A stretch of DNA of 64,000 nucleotides, taken from an uncultured Hylemonella sp. GTDB lineage: Bacteria > Pseudomonadota > Gammaproteobacteria > Burkholderiales > Burkholderiaceae_C. Position 1 is the stretch's first letter; every line of letters begins with the position of its first letter. The stretch is taken from positions 18,522 to 82,521 of the forward strand of contig CAUPLI010000012.1 of NCBI GenBank assembly GCA_963512175.1, read 5' to 3'. The notes under the pieces are model-generated. The model was given only the letters and a program-made list of their open reading frames with translations, ran no database searches and was not told the origin of the DNA. The translations under genes and the position numbers were made by a program. This document shows, piece after piece, positions 54,240 to 63,583 of this stretch.

Positions 54240-56947
54240 TGAAGCGACGCCTGCAAAGTGCATTCACCGGACTGTTGCTGGCCCTGGCCGCCACGTCGCT
54301 GAGGGCCAACCCTGAAACCATCGTGGTGGGTGTCCTGTCGTTCCGTCCTGAAGCCCTCGCCCTGGCCCAGTGGAAGCCCCTGACCGACTACCTCAACCGC
54401 TCGCTCCCCTCGGCGCACTTCGAACTCAGGGTCTACGAATATGGCCCCATGCAGGAGGCAGTGCGCCAGCAGGCGGTGGACCTGGTGATCACCCAGCCCG
54501 GCGAATACGTGCGCATGGTGCATCAGAACGGTCTCTCGACCCCCCTGGCCACCCTGATCAATCTGGACAACGGGCGGCCGGTGCGTGCCATGGGCGGTGT
54601 CATCGTGGCACGCAGCGCACGCCAGGACCTGCGCGACCTGAAGGATTTGCAAGGCCAGCGCATCGCCACCGTCTCGCGCCTGTCCTTCGGCGGCTACCAG
54701 CTCCAGGCCACCGAACTGGCGCGCCAGGGCATCAGCCCCGGGCGCCTGGTGGAAACCGGCTTGCCCCAGGACCGCGTCATCGACACACTGCTGGCCAACG
54801 AGGCCGACGTGGCCTATGTGCGCACCGGCCTGCTCGAAACCCTGGTGCGCGAGGGGCGGCTCAAGCCGGGTGAGCTCAAGGTCCTGGGGCAGCAGAACTA
54901 CCCCGGTTATCCCTATGCCCTGTCCTCGCGGCTCTATCCGGAATGGCCGGTCGTCGCCATGTCGCACCTGCCGGAAGATCTCTCGGTGCGCATTGCCGGC
55001 GCCCTGCTTTCGCTGCCGCACGGCGGTGACGCGGCACGGCACATGGGCATCTACGGTTTCACCGTGCCGGCCGACTACGAGCCGGTGCGCGCCATGATGC
55101 GCGAGCTGCGCGCCCCGCCCTTCGACAAACCGCCGATCATCTCCTGGCGCGACATCTGGCAGCAGTACGGCCTGCTGGTCGCCAGCGCGGTGCTGACCCT
55201 GCTGGTCATTGTGGTCATGGGCCTGCGCGAGATGGTGTTGCGCCAGCGCATGGACTCGTTCAGCAACGCCATGGGCGAAGGCATGTTCGTGCTGGATCGC
55301 CAGGGTATCGTCACCTACATCAACCGCGCCGCCTGTCGCCTGCTCGGTTACCAGCGCGAGGCCTTGCTGGGCCGCCAGCTGCTGCCCCTGATCCTCTCGC
55401 CCGCGTCCCAGCCCCAGCACCTGGGCAGCACCAATCCCCTGCTCGACCCCCAGCGCTGGCAGCAGCCCTATGAGGGCGAGAACCTGTTTGTCAGCGCCAG
55501 CGGCAAAACCTTCCCGGTCGAAGTCAGCAGCCGGCCGGTGCGACGCAAGGACCGCTTCGTGCGCATCGTGACCGTGTTCTCCGATATCTCCGAGCGCAAG
55601 GCCCACAGCGAACACGTCTACCACCTGGCCTACCACGACGCCCTCACCGGCCTGCCCAACCGCCGCCTGCTGTTCGAGCGCCTGCAGGAAAGCCTGGGCC
55701 GCAGCAACGGGAGCAGCCGCGGCGCCCTGCTGTTTTCGGACCTGGACCGTTTCAAGCAGATCAACGACACCCTGGGCCACAAGGTCGGCGACGCGCTGTT
55801 GCAGGCCGTGGCCGGGCGCATGCTGCGCATCGTCGGCGACCAGGGCTTGGTGGCACATACCGGCGGCGACGAATTCGCGGTACTGCTGGAGCGGCTCGAC
55901 ACCGATCCCGAGCGCGCCAGTGCCCAGGCACGCAGCCTGGCAGAGAAGCTGCGCAGTAGCATGCGCGAACCCTTCGGCATCGACAGCCAGTACCACCAGA
56001 TGTCGGTCAGCATCGGCGTGGCGCTGTTCGATGGCCCCGAGACCGGCGCCGACGAACTGATCAAGCGCGCCGACATGGCCATGTACGAGGCCAAGGCCGG
56101 CGGACGCAATGCCATCCGATTCTTCGACCACGACATCGCCGTGCAGCTCAGCCAGCGCGTGACCCTGGAGGCGGACCTGAACCAGGCGCTGGCCCTGCAA
56201 CAGTTCCGCGTGTTCTACCAGCCGCAGTTCGACAGCAATGGCCGCATGGTCGGCGCCGAGGCCCTGGTGCGCTGGCTGCATCCGGAGCGCGGCCTGGTAA
56301 CGCCGGGACACTTCATTCCCCTGGCCGAGGAAACCGGCCTGATCCTGCCTCTGGGCCAGTGGGTGCTGGAGCAGGCCTGCCAGCAGATCGAGCGCTGGCG
56401 CGGCCAGCCGGTGCTGGGCGAACTGGTGATCTCCGTCAACCTCTGCGCCCACCAGCTGCTGCAGGCCAACTTCGTCGAAAGCATCACCTCGGTGCTGATG
56501 GCCACTGGCGCCAACGCCAGCCGGCTGCAGCTCGAACTGACCGAAAGCGTGCTGGCCCACAACATCGACGACGCCACCCACAAGATGCGCCGGCTGGTGG
56601 CGCTGGGCGTGCAGTTCGCACTGGACGACTTCGGCACCGGCTACTCCTCGCTGAGTTACCTCAAGCGCCTGCCCATCCAGCAGCTCAAGATCGACGCCTC
56701 CTTCGTGCGCGACCTGCAGACCGATCCCAACGACGTGGTCATCACCCAGACCATCATCGCCCTGGGCCAGAGCCTGGGGCTGGAGGTGATTGCCGAAGGC
56801 GTGGAAACCGAAGCCCAGCGCGACATCCTGCTGCAACAAGGCTGTCGCCTGTTCCAGGGTTATTTCTATGCCCGGCCCCAGGCACTCGCAGACCTGGTCG
56901 CCCTGGTGAACAAGATCCACCCGGAGACCCTGGCGTTTCCCCGCTGA
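54236..56947 (+). CDS. Sensor diguanylate cyclase/phosphodiesterase: periplasmic PhnD-like SBP domain - TM - PAS - GGDEF - EAL
   Basis: Signal/TM segment at the N-terminus. IVVGVLSFRPEA...DLVITQPGEY resembles a phosphonate-bd-type PBP. TM segment LLVASAVLTLLVIVVMGL. PAS segment MFVLDRQGIVTYINRAACRLLGY. Intact GGDEF (HTGGDEFAVLL) with RADMAMYEAK. Intact EAL (GAEALVRW, DDFGTGYSSLSYL, KIDASF). Confidence 0.93.
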   Translation: MMKRRLQSAFTGLLLALAATSLRANPETIVVGVLSFRPEALALAQWKPLTDYLNRSLPSAHFELRVYEYGPMQEAVRQQAVDLVITQPGEYVRMVHQNGLSTPLATLINLDNGRPVRAMGGVIVARSARQDLRDLKDLQGQRIATVSRLSFGGYQLQATELARQGISPGRLVETGLPQDRVIDTLLANEADVAYVRTGLLETLVREGRLKPGELKVLGQQNYPGYPYALSSRLYPEWPVVAMSHLPEDLSVRIAGALLSLPHGGDAARHMGIYGFTVPADYEPVRAMMRELRAPPFDKPPIISWRDIWQQYGLLVASAVLTLLVIVVMGLREMVLRQRMDSFSNAMGEGMFVLDRQGIVTYINRAACRLLGYQREALLGRQLLPLILSPASQPQHLGSTNPLLDPQRWQQPYEGENLFVSASGKTFPVEVSSRPVRRKDRFVRIVTVFSDISERKAHSEHVYHLAYHDALTGLPNRRLLFERLQESLGRSNGSSRGALLFSDLDRFKQINDTLGHKVGDALLQAVAGRMLRIVGDQGLVAHTGGDEFAVLLERLDTDPERASAQARSLAEKLRSSMREPFGIDSQYHQMSVSIGVALFDGPETGADELIKRADMAMYEAKAGGRNAIRFFDHDIAVQLSQRVTLEADLNQALALQQFRVFYQPQFDSNGRMVGAEALVRWLHPERGLVTPGHFIPLAEETGLILPLGQWVLEQACQQIERWRGQPVLGELVISVNLCAHQLLQANFVESITSVLMATGANASRLQLELTESVLAHNIDDATHKMRRLVALGVQFALDDFGTGYSSLSYLKRLPIQQLKIDASFVRDLQTDPNDVVITQTIIALGQSLGLEVIAEGVETEAQRDILLQQGCRLFQGYFYARPQALADLVALVNKIHPETLAFPR

Positions 56948-57829
56948 TCAGGCCAGGAAGCGCCGCTCGGGCAGGGGGATGAACTCGGTCTCGCCCGGCA
57001 CCTGGCCCAGGCGCTGGGCCTCCCAGTCGTCGGCCGCCTGCGCGATGCGCTCGCGGCGAGCGGAGACGAAGTTCCACCACATATGGCGCGGCGCATCGAG
57101 TGGCGCACCACCGATCACCACCAGGCGTGTGGCCTCGCTGGCGCCCAGCTCCGCACCCGCCGGGCCCAACACGGCCATCTGTTGCGCCGGCAGCGCCTGG
57201 CCATCGCAGGTCAGCGCGCCCTGCACCACGTAGACCGCCATCTCGGGCGCCAGCGCGGGCAGCTGGAGGCGACCGCCGGCCGGCAGCTGCACATCCAGGT
57301 AAAGCGTGGACACCAGCGTGTGCACCGGCGAGCGCAGGCCGAAGGCCTCCCCCACGAGCACACGCACCGTCGCATCGTCCACCCGCCCTTCGGGAATCGC
57401 CGCCGCCGGTGTGTGCTCGAACGACGGCTCGACCTCCTCGTGCTCGCGCGGCAGGGCCACCCAGAGCTGCAGGCCGTGGTTGGTGTAGCTGCTGTTGCGC
57501 AGCGACTCGGGGCGCCGCTCGGAATGCACGATGCCGCGCCCGGCCGTCATCCAGTTGATGGCACCGGGCTCGATCAGTTGCTGCGAGCCAAGGCTGTCGC
57601 GGTGCATCATGGCGCCTTCGAACAGGTAGGTCACCGTGGCCAGGCCGATGTGCGGGTGCGGCCGCACATCGTGCTCGGCCCCGGGAGTTTCCAGTGCCGG
57701 ACCGAAATGGTCAAAGAAGATGAAGGGCCCGACCGAACGCTGCGCCGCCGCCGGCAACAGGCGCCGCACCACGAAGCCACCCCCCAGATCCTTCTGGTGA
57801 CCCGAGAGGATGTGCAATGGCGACTTCAT
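56948..57829 (-). CDS. Pirin-family protein (two-domain, ~290 aa type)
   Basis: GGGFVVRRLLP...GPFIFFDHFGP...HPHIGLATVTYLFEGAMMHRDSLG...MTAGRGIVHSE. ATG at 57827-57829. Its stop abuts the stop of the convergent sensor gene. Confidence 0.9.
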   Translation of the reverse strand: MKSPLHILSGHQKDLGGGFVVRRLLPAAAQRSVGPFIFFDHFGPALETPGAEHDVRPHPHIGLATVTYLFEGAMMHRDSLGSQQLIEPGAINWMTAGRGIVHSERRPESLRNSSYTNHGLQLWVALPREHEEVEPSFEHTPAAAIPEGRVDDATVRVLVGEAFGLRSPVHTLVSTLYLDVQLPAGGRLQLPALAPEMAVYVVQGALTCDGQALPAQQMAVLGPAGAELGASEATRLVVIGGAPLDAPRHMWWNFVSARRERIAQAADDWEAQRLGQVPGETEFIPLPERRFLA

Positions 57830-57864
57830 GGCTTGGCCCTCCTGGAGCCGACTATAGGGCCTGT

Positions 57865-58419
57865 TCAGCCGCGCAGCTTGGCCGCGACACTGGCGACGCG
57901 CTGGCCGAACAGGCGCGCGGTTTCGAGGTCGCCGGCTTCCATCTTGTCGGCCGGTGCGTCCGAAGCGGTCTGCCCCATGAGGCCGGCGTTGGCGGCAAGA
58001 TAGTTCACATCGCTGCGCCTGGAGTCCTTGGTGTTGTGGTACGCCACGCCCAAGCCGACCCACAGGCCGCCATGCTGCATGGCCAGGGTCTGCAGATAAG
58101 CCAGGGTCGAAGCCTTGTCACCGTTGACATTGGAGCTGTTGGTGAAACCCGCGAACACCTTGTCCTTCCAGGCCTGGGTGTACCAGGGCTTGCTGGAAGC
58201 ATCGGCGAATTTCTTGAACTGCCAGCTCACGCTGCCCATGTAGGTCGGGCTGCCCATGATGATGGCGTCGGCGGCGTTCAGCGTCTCCCAGGCGCCCTCG
58301 GGCAGGTTGCCCTCGGCGTCGATGGTGAGCAGCTCGGCGCCGGCGCCTTCGGCCACGGATTGGGCCAGGCGCTGTGTATGGCCGTAACCCGAATGAAAGA
58401 CAACCGCGACTTTGGTCAT
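57865..58419 (-). CDS. Flavodoxin-like NAD(P)H:quinone oxidoreductase (WrbA-like)
   Basis: MTKVAVVFHSGYGHTQRLAQSVAEGA...AIIMGSPTYMGSVS mirrors the WrbA/flavodoxin-like FMN-binding pattern. Confidence 0.85.
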   Translation of the reverse strand: MTKVAVVFHSGYGHTQRLAQSVAEGAGAELLTIDAEGNLPEGAWETLNAADAIIMGSPTYMGSVSWQFKKFADASSKPWYTQAWKDKVFAGFTNSSNVNGDKASTLAYLQTLAMQHGGLWVGLGVAYHNTKDSRRSDVNYLAANAGLMGQTASDAPADKMEAGDLETARLFGQRVASVAAKLRG

Positions 58420-58472
58420 GTGATGACTCCAGTAAAAAAACGATGAGAGAAATTTCGAAGAATGACGCAGGA

Positions 58473-58883
58473 TCAGCGCTGACGCTTGGCGTCCAGGCTC
58501 CAGGCACCGGCGCCGTGCGCGGCCAGCACCAGCAGGCCGCCGACCACCGCGATGTTCTTGTTGAACATCAGCTGCTGCACGAAGGCCTGGTCAGCCGGCA
58601 CACCCCAGTAGTTGTGGAAGAAGAAGGTCGCCACCAGCGTGAACAGGGCCAGCGCCAAGGCGGCCAGGCGGGTACCGAAACCGAGGATCAGGGCCAGACC
58701 ACCGAGGATTTCCACCACGACAGCGATCGCGGCACCCACTTCCGGCAGGGGCAGGCCCTTGGAGGCGATGTAGCCGGCGGTGCCGGCAAAGCCGCCGATC
58801 TTGCTGATGCCGGCCGGCAGGAACAGGGCAGCCAGCAACAGGCGGCCGACGAGAGACAGGGGGTTTTGCAGTTGGGTCAACAT
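58473..58883 (-). CDS. DoxX-family membrane protein
   Basis: 136 aa, four TM helices; LVGRLLLAALFLPAGISKI...GLPLPEV...VEILGGLALILG typical of DoxX. AGGAG Shine-Dalgarno upstream. Confidence 0.88.
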   Translation of the reverse strand: MLTQLQNPLSLVGRLLLAALFLPAGISKIGGFAGTAGYIASKGLPLPEVGAAIAVVVEILGGLALILGFGTRLAALALALFTLVATFFFHNYWGVPADQAFVQQLMFNKNIAVVGGLLVLAAHGAGAWSLDAKRQR

Positions 58884-58924
58884 GAGGAGCTCCTAGTGTG
58901 AAATGAAACAGAGTGAGAAAAAAA

Positions 58925-59626
58925 TCAGTTGGCGAGGTCGAAGACCAGCACCTCGGCATCCTTGCCGGCCTTCAGCTCGACCCGGCTTTCACCGGACAGC
59001 AGGGCAGCGTCACCGCCGCTCAGGCGCTGACCGTTGACGTCCAGTTCGCCGCGCACCAGGTGCACATAACTCTTGCGCGCCGGATCCAGGGGCAGTGTCG
59101 CGTTTTCGCCGCCATCGAACAGGCCCGCATACAGGCGCGCATCGGCGTGGACGGTCACCGAGCCTTGGGCCCCGTCGGGTGAGGCCACCAGGCGCAGCGC
59201 ACCGCGCTTCTCGGGCGTGGCAAAGGTCTTCTGCTCGTAGCTGGCCGGGATGCCGCGCACATTGGGCTCGATCCAGATCTGGAAGAAGTGCGTGGTGTCC
59301 TGCGGCGCGTGGTTGTACTCGCTGTGCATCACGCCCTTGCCGGCGCTCATGCGCTGCACGTCACCCGGCGGGATGGCGCGGCCATTGCCCATATTGTCCT
59401 TGTGCGCCAGTTCGCCCGACAGCACGTAGCTGATGATCTCCATGTCGCGGTGGCCGTGCGTGCCGAAACCCGTGCCCGGGGCGATGCGGTCTTCGTTGAT
59501 CACGCGCAGATTGCCCCAGCCCATGTGCTGCGGGTCGTAGTAACCTGCAAAGGAAAAGCTGTGGAAGGACTTGAGCCAGCCGTGATCGGCATAGCCGCGG
59601 TCCTGCGATTTGCGTACGGTCAGCAT
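58925..59626 (-). CDS. Pirin-like bicupin, YhhW-type (quercetin 2,3-dioxygenase-like)
   Basis: RKSQDRGYADHGWLKSFHSFSFAGYYDP..MGWGNLRVINEDRIAPGTGFGTHGHRDMEIISYVLSGEL parallels E. coli YhhW almost motif for motif (recalled). AGGAG Shine-Dalgarno upstream. Confidence 0.9.
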   Translation of the reverse strand: MLTVRKSQDRGYADHGWLKSFHSFSFAGYYDPQHMGWGNLRVINEDRIAPGTGFGTHGHRDMEIISYVLSGELAHKDNMGNGRAIPPGDVQRMSAGKGVMHSEYNHAPQDTTHFFQIWIEPNVRGIPASYEQKTFATPEKRGALRLVASPDGAQGSVTVHADARLYAGLFDGGENATLPLDPARKSYVHLVRGELDVNGQRLSGGDAALLSGESRVELKAGKDAEVLVFDLAN

Positions 59627-59723
59627 GGTGGGCTCCTTCCAGGGTCTGCAGGTCGGGCCTGCGATGGGATGAACTTTAGGCCTCGCCCCGGGTTTTGCGA
59701 TCCATGCGCTTTGATGGCATCAT

Positions 59724-59736
59724 TCAAATAATTTCA
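59724..59736. promoter_or_regulatory. LysR-type T-N11-A box (TCAAATAATTTCA) in the AT-rich divergent promoter region
   Basis: Near-dyad TCAAAT-A-ATTTCA within the only AT-rich stretch (59718-59747) between the pirin operon and the LysR gene. Confidence 0.45.
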
Positions 59737-59747
59737 ATATAAATAGA

Positions 59748-60740
59748 TTGATCGTGCAAACTGCTCGCGACGTCCTGACCCCCGATGCCCTGGCCATGCT
59801 GCAGGCCATCGAGGACGCCGGCAGCTTTGCCGCCGCCGCGCGCGCTCTGGGCGTGGTCCCCAGCGCCCTGACCTACCGTGTGCGCCAGATCGAAGACGCG
59901 CTGGACGTGCTGCTGTACGACCGCAGTTCGCGCCAGGCGCGACTGACCGCCGCTGGCACCGAACTGTTGCGTGAAGGCAGCCGCCTGCTCTGCGAAATAG
60001 ATGCCGTGGCCAACCGCGTCAAGCGCGTGGCCACGGGCTGGGAGTCGCAACTCACCATTGCCCTGGACAGCATCATCTCCAGATCCACCGTCATGGAGTT
60101 GTGCGAGAGCTTCTTCGCCCTGGGTGCCCCCACCCGCCTGAAGCTGCGGGACGAAACGCTCTCGGGCACGCTGGAGGCCATCACCTCCGGCCAGGCCGAT
60201 CTGGCGATAGGCGCGGCCCTGGAGCCCAGCGCCAACGCCGGCCTCCACAGCAAGCCGCTGGGCCCGGTCAGCTTTGTCTATGCCGTGGCGCCGCACCACG
60301 CGCTGGCCGCCGCCCCGGAACCGCTCACGGACGAAGTCCTGTTGCAACACCGTGCCGTGGCCGTGGCCGACTCGGTGCAGCGCGGCAGCGGTCTCACCAT
60401 CGGGCTGCTCGGCGGGCAGGATGTCTTCACCGTAGCGAGCATGCAGGCCAAGCTGGACGCCCAGCTCCGGGGCCTGGGTGGCGGCTTTCTGCCCGAGAGC
60501 ATGGCCCGCAGCTACATCGAAGCAGGCCGGCTGGTGGTCAAGAAGATCGAACGGCCGGAACGCGTGGTGCGCGTCAGCTACGCCTGGCCCACAGGCGCCG
60601 TTCGTACCCAGGGCCGGGCGCTGCAGTGGTGGCTCAAGCAGCTGGAGAGCCCGGCCACCCGTGCCGCGCTGCTGGGGCCTGTCCACGCCGTGGCGACCGG
60701 TGCCGGCCCCAAGGGCAAACCCCGATCGCGGGGCGTGTAA
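59748..60740 (+). CDS. LysR-family transcriptional regulator, YhaJ-like
   Basis: LTPDALAMLQAIEDAGSFAAAARALGVVPSALTYRVRQIEDALDVLLYDRS parallels the E. coli YhaJ N-terminus (LTLEALRVMDAIDRRGSFAAAADELGRVPSALSYTMQKLEEEL; recalled). Divergent from the pirin gene. Start is the TTG at 59748 or the GTG at 59754. Confidence 0.9.
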   Translation: MIVQTARDVLTPDALAMLQAIEDAGSFAAAARALGVVPSALTYRVRQIEDALDVLLYDRSSRQARLTAAGTELLREGSRLLCEIDAVANRVKRVATGWESQLTIALDSIISRSTVMELCESFFALGAPTRLKLRDETLSGTLEAITSGQADLAIGAALEPSANAGLHSKPLGPVSFVYAVAPHHALAAAPEPLTDEVLLQHRAVAVADSVQRGSGLTIGLLGGQDVFTVASMQAKLDAQLRGLGGGFLPESMARSYIEAGRLVVKKIERPERVVRVSYAWPTGAVRTQGRALQWWLKQLESPATRAALLGPVHAVATGAGPKGKPRSRGV

Positions 60741-60776
60741 AGTGAGAGACATGAAACACAACAGGAGACCGGCTCG

Positions 60777-61820
60777 ATGAAACCCGCGCAACACTACGCC
60801 GTCATCGGCGCCGGCATGGCCGGCGTGGCCTGTGCCCGCACCCTGGTGCAGGCCGGCCACCAGGTCACGCTGTTCGAAAAAAGCCGCGGCGCGGGTGGCC
60901 GCATGGCCACGCGCGACACCGAATTCGGTGGCTTCGACCACGGCACCCAGTACTTCACGGTGCGCAACCCGATGTTCGCCCGCGCCCTGGAGACCGTGCC
61001 CGGCCTGTGCCGGCCCTGGAGCGCCAACGCCGTGCGCGTGCTCGACCCGCTGGGTCGCGTGGTGGCCGCGCCGCTGCCCACACGCGAGTCGCACTGGGTG
61101 GCCACTCCCGGCATGAACGCGCTGGTCAGGCGCTGGACCGAACCGCTGCTGGCCCAGGGGGCAGTGGAACTGCAGACCCGGGTGGTCAAGATCGAGCGTG
61201 ATGCGCTGAACGAACGCCGCTGGCAGCTGCACACCGAAGGCCTGGACGACAGCCGTCACGTGCACTCCGGCTTCGACGGCGTGCTGCTGGCCATGCCCAG
61301 CGTGCAGGCACACGAGCTGCTGCGCAACTCCAAGCAGGCACCGGCCCTGGCCGAGCGTATCGCCGAAGTCAAGGTGGCGCCCTGCTGGACGCTGATGGTG
61401 GCCTTTCCGCAGGCCATGCAGCCGGGCCTGTCCGCGCTCGGGCCGCAGTGGAACGCGGCACGCAGCACGCACCACCGCATTGCCTGGCTGGCGCGCGAGT
61501 CGAGCAAGCCGCAACGCGGCCCCATCGAACGCTGGACGGTGCAGGCCAGCCCGGCCTGGTCGCAGGAGCACCTCAACGACGATGCCGAGCGCGTGCAGTC
61601 CAAGCTGCTCAAGGCCTTTGCCGAAGTCACCGGCATCCGCGCCGAACCCAGCTATGCCACCGTGCACCGCTGGCATTACGCGCAGACCACCCAACCCCTG
61701 GACCAGAGCCATCTGTGGGACCCGGCCTCGCGCATCGGTGCCTGTGGCGACTGGTGCATGGGCCACCGCGTCGAGGACGCCTTCATCTCCGGACTGGAAC
61801 TGGCACTAAAAGTGGCATGA
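60777..61820 (+). CDS. NAD(P)/FAD-dependent oxidoreductase (renalase/amine-oxidase-like, COG3380-type)
   Basis: HYAVIGAGMAGVACARTLVQAGHQVTLFEKSRGAGGRMATR dinucleotide-binding motif. AGGAG lies 10 nt upstream. Confidence 0.85.
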   Translation: MKPAQHYAVIGAGMAGVACARTLVQAGHQVTLFEKSRGAGGRMATRDTEFGGFDHGTQYFTVRNPMFARALETVPGLCRPWSANAVRVLDPLGRVVAAPLPTRESHWVATPGMNALVRRWTEPLLAQGAVELQTRVVKIERDALNERRWQLHTEGLDDSRHVHSGFDGVLLAMPSVQAHELLRNSKQAPALAERIAEVKVAPCWTLMVAFPQAMQPGLSALGPQWNAARSTHHRIAWLARESSKPQRGPIERWTVQASPAWSQEHLNDDAERVQSKLLKAFAEVTGIRAEPSYATVHRWHYAQTTQPLDQSHLWDPASRIGACGDWCMGHRVEDAFISGLELALKVA

Positions 61821-61924
61821 CGAACGTGACCCCCACGGTCGCTCACTGCGTGTGCTCCCTGCCCCCGGAGGGGGCCGCGTTTCGCCTTGGGGCGGCCCGG
61901 CGGCGAAACATCCGCGCTTGGTGA

Positions 61925-62803
61925 ATGCCTACCACCTACGTCGGCCGTTTCGCCCCCTCGCCCACCGGCCCCCTGCACGCCGGCTCGCTGGTGGCCGCAC
62001 TCGCCAGCTGGCTTGATGCACGCGCCCACGGCGGGCGCTGGCTGGTGCGCATCGAAGATGTCGACGTGCCGCGCTGCATCCCCGGCGCCGACCGCGTGAT
62101 CCTGCAGCAGCTGGCCGACTGCGGCCTGTTGCCCCACGAGCCCCCGCTGTACCAGTCGCAGCGCAGCGCGCTGTACCAGCGCGCGCTGGACGATCTCGTG
62201 CTGCGCGGCCTGGCCTATCCCTGTGCCTGCAGTCGCAAGGACATCGAAGCCGAGCTGCAGCGGCTGGGGCGCAGCAAACCGCGCCATGGCGAACTGGTCT
62301 ACCCCGGCACCTGCCGTGACGGTCTGCACGGTCAGGAGCCTCGCGCCTGGCGCTTGCGCGTGCCCGCCGGTACCCTGCTCTGGAGCGATCGCCGCCTGGG
62401 CGCCCAGGTGCAGGATGTGGCCGCCGAGGTGGGTGACTACGTGCTCAAGCGCGCCGACGGCTACTTTGCCTATCAACTCGCAGTCGTCGCAGACGACGGC
62501 GTCCAGGGCATCAGCCACATCGTGCGCGGCGAGGACCTGGCCGACAACACGGCACGGCAGATCCTGCTGCAGCGCGCATTGCACCTGCCCACGCCGGCCT
62601 ATCTGCACACACCCCTGGTCCTGGGCGCCAACGGCGAGAAACTCAGCAAGCAGAACGGTGCGTTGGCGCTGGACACACGCGCTCCCTTGGCTGCGCTGAA
62701 CGCCGCGGCCGCCGTGCTGGGCCTGCAGGTAAGCGCAACGACGGTGGCTGACTGGCTGCTGGCGGCGACGGCGCAGTGGGCCGCGCTCTGGGTCCGCCGG
62801 TAA
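61925..62803 (+). CDS. gluQ: Glutamyl-Q tRNA(Asp) synthetase
   Basis: [18 protein letters not shown] (HIGH-type), RIEDVD, and KLSKQ (KMSKS-type). 292 aa, i.e. a truncated GluRS paralogue lacking the anticodon domain. Confidence 0.93.
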   Translation: MPTTYVGRFAPSPTGPLHAGSLVAALASWLDARAHGGRWLVRIEDVDVPRCIPGADRVILQQLADCGLLPHEPPLYQSQRSALYQRALDDLVLRGLAYPCACSRKDIEAELQRLGRSKPRHGELVYPGTCRDGLHGQEPRAWRLRVPAGTLLWSDRRLGAQVQDVAAEVGDYVLKRADGYFAYQLAVVADDGVQGISHIVRGEDLADNTARQILLQRALHLPTPAYLHTPLVLGANGEKLSKQNGALALDTRAPLAALNAAAAVLGLQVSATTVADWLLAATAQWAALWVRR

Positions 62804-62812
62804 AATCGGTCC

Positions 62813-63577
62813 GTGACTGACACCCCAAAACCACCCGCATCCGACGCCCCGCCGTCCTCCCCGCCCAAAGACCGGCGTCGTCTGCCGCCGCCCGGCGTCG
62901 ACTTCCCCAAGACCATCAAGAGCTTCGTCAAGCGCGCCGGCCGCACCACCACCGGCCAGGCCAAGGCCTTCGAACTCTATGGACCGCGTTTTGTGCTGCC
63001 CTACAACGCCGCGCCGCTGGACCGTTTGGCCGTCTTCGGCGCCGAGGCGGCGAACCACCCGCTGATCCTGGAGATCGGCTTCGGCATGGGTGACGCCACG
63101 GCGCACATCGCGGCGCTGATGCCGGAGAAAAACTTCCTCGGCTGCGAGGTACACGAGCCCGGCGTGGGCGCCCTGCTCAAGCACATCGGTGAACGCGGGC
63201 TCACCAACCTCCGCATCCTGCAGCACGACGCGGTCGAGGTGCTGGACCACATGCTGCCGGAGCAGAGCCTGGACGGCGTGCACATCTTCTTCCCCGACCC
63301 CTGGCACAAGACCAAGCATCACAAACGCCGCCTGCTGCAAGCCCCGCTGGTGACCAAACTGGCCGCGCGCCTGAAACCCGGCGGCTACCTGCACTGCGCC
63401 ACCGACTGGGAGCCCTATGCCCAGCAGATGCTGGCCGTGCTGGGCGCCGAGCCGCTGCTGAAGAACAGCGCCGAGGGCTACGCCCCCAAGCCCGACTACC
63501 GGCCCCTGACCAAGTTCGAGAAACGCGGCCTGCGCCTGGGCCACGGGGTCTGGGACCTGGTGTTCACCCGTATCTGA
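62813..63577 (+). CDS. trmB: tRNA (guanine46-N7)-methyltransferase
   Basis: [24 protein letters not shown] and [15 protein letters not shown] motifs. GTG start 9 nt after the gluQ stop. Confidence 0.93.
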   Translation: MTDTPKPPASDAPPSSPPKDRRRLPPPGVDFPKTIKSFVKRAGRTTTGQAKAFELYGPRFVLPYNAAPLDRLAVFGAEAANHPLILEIGFGMGDATAHIAALMPEKNFLGCEVHEPGVGALLKHIGERGLTNLRILQHDAVEVLDHMLPEQSLDGVHIFFPDPWHKTKHHKRRLLQAPLVTKLAARLKPGGYLHCATDWEPYAQQMLAVLGAEPLLKNSAEGYAPKPDYRPLTKFEKRGLRLGHGVWDLVFTRI

Positions 63578-63583
63578 TCTTCC

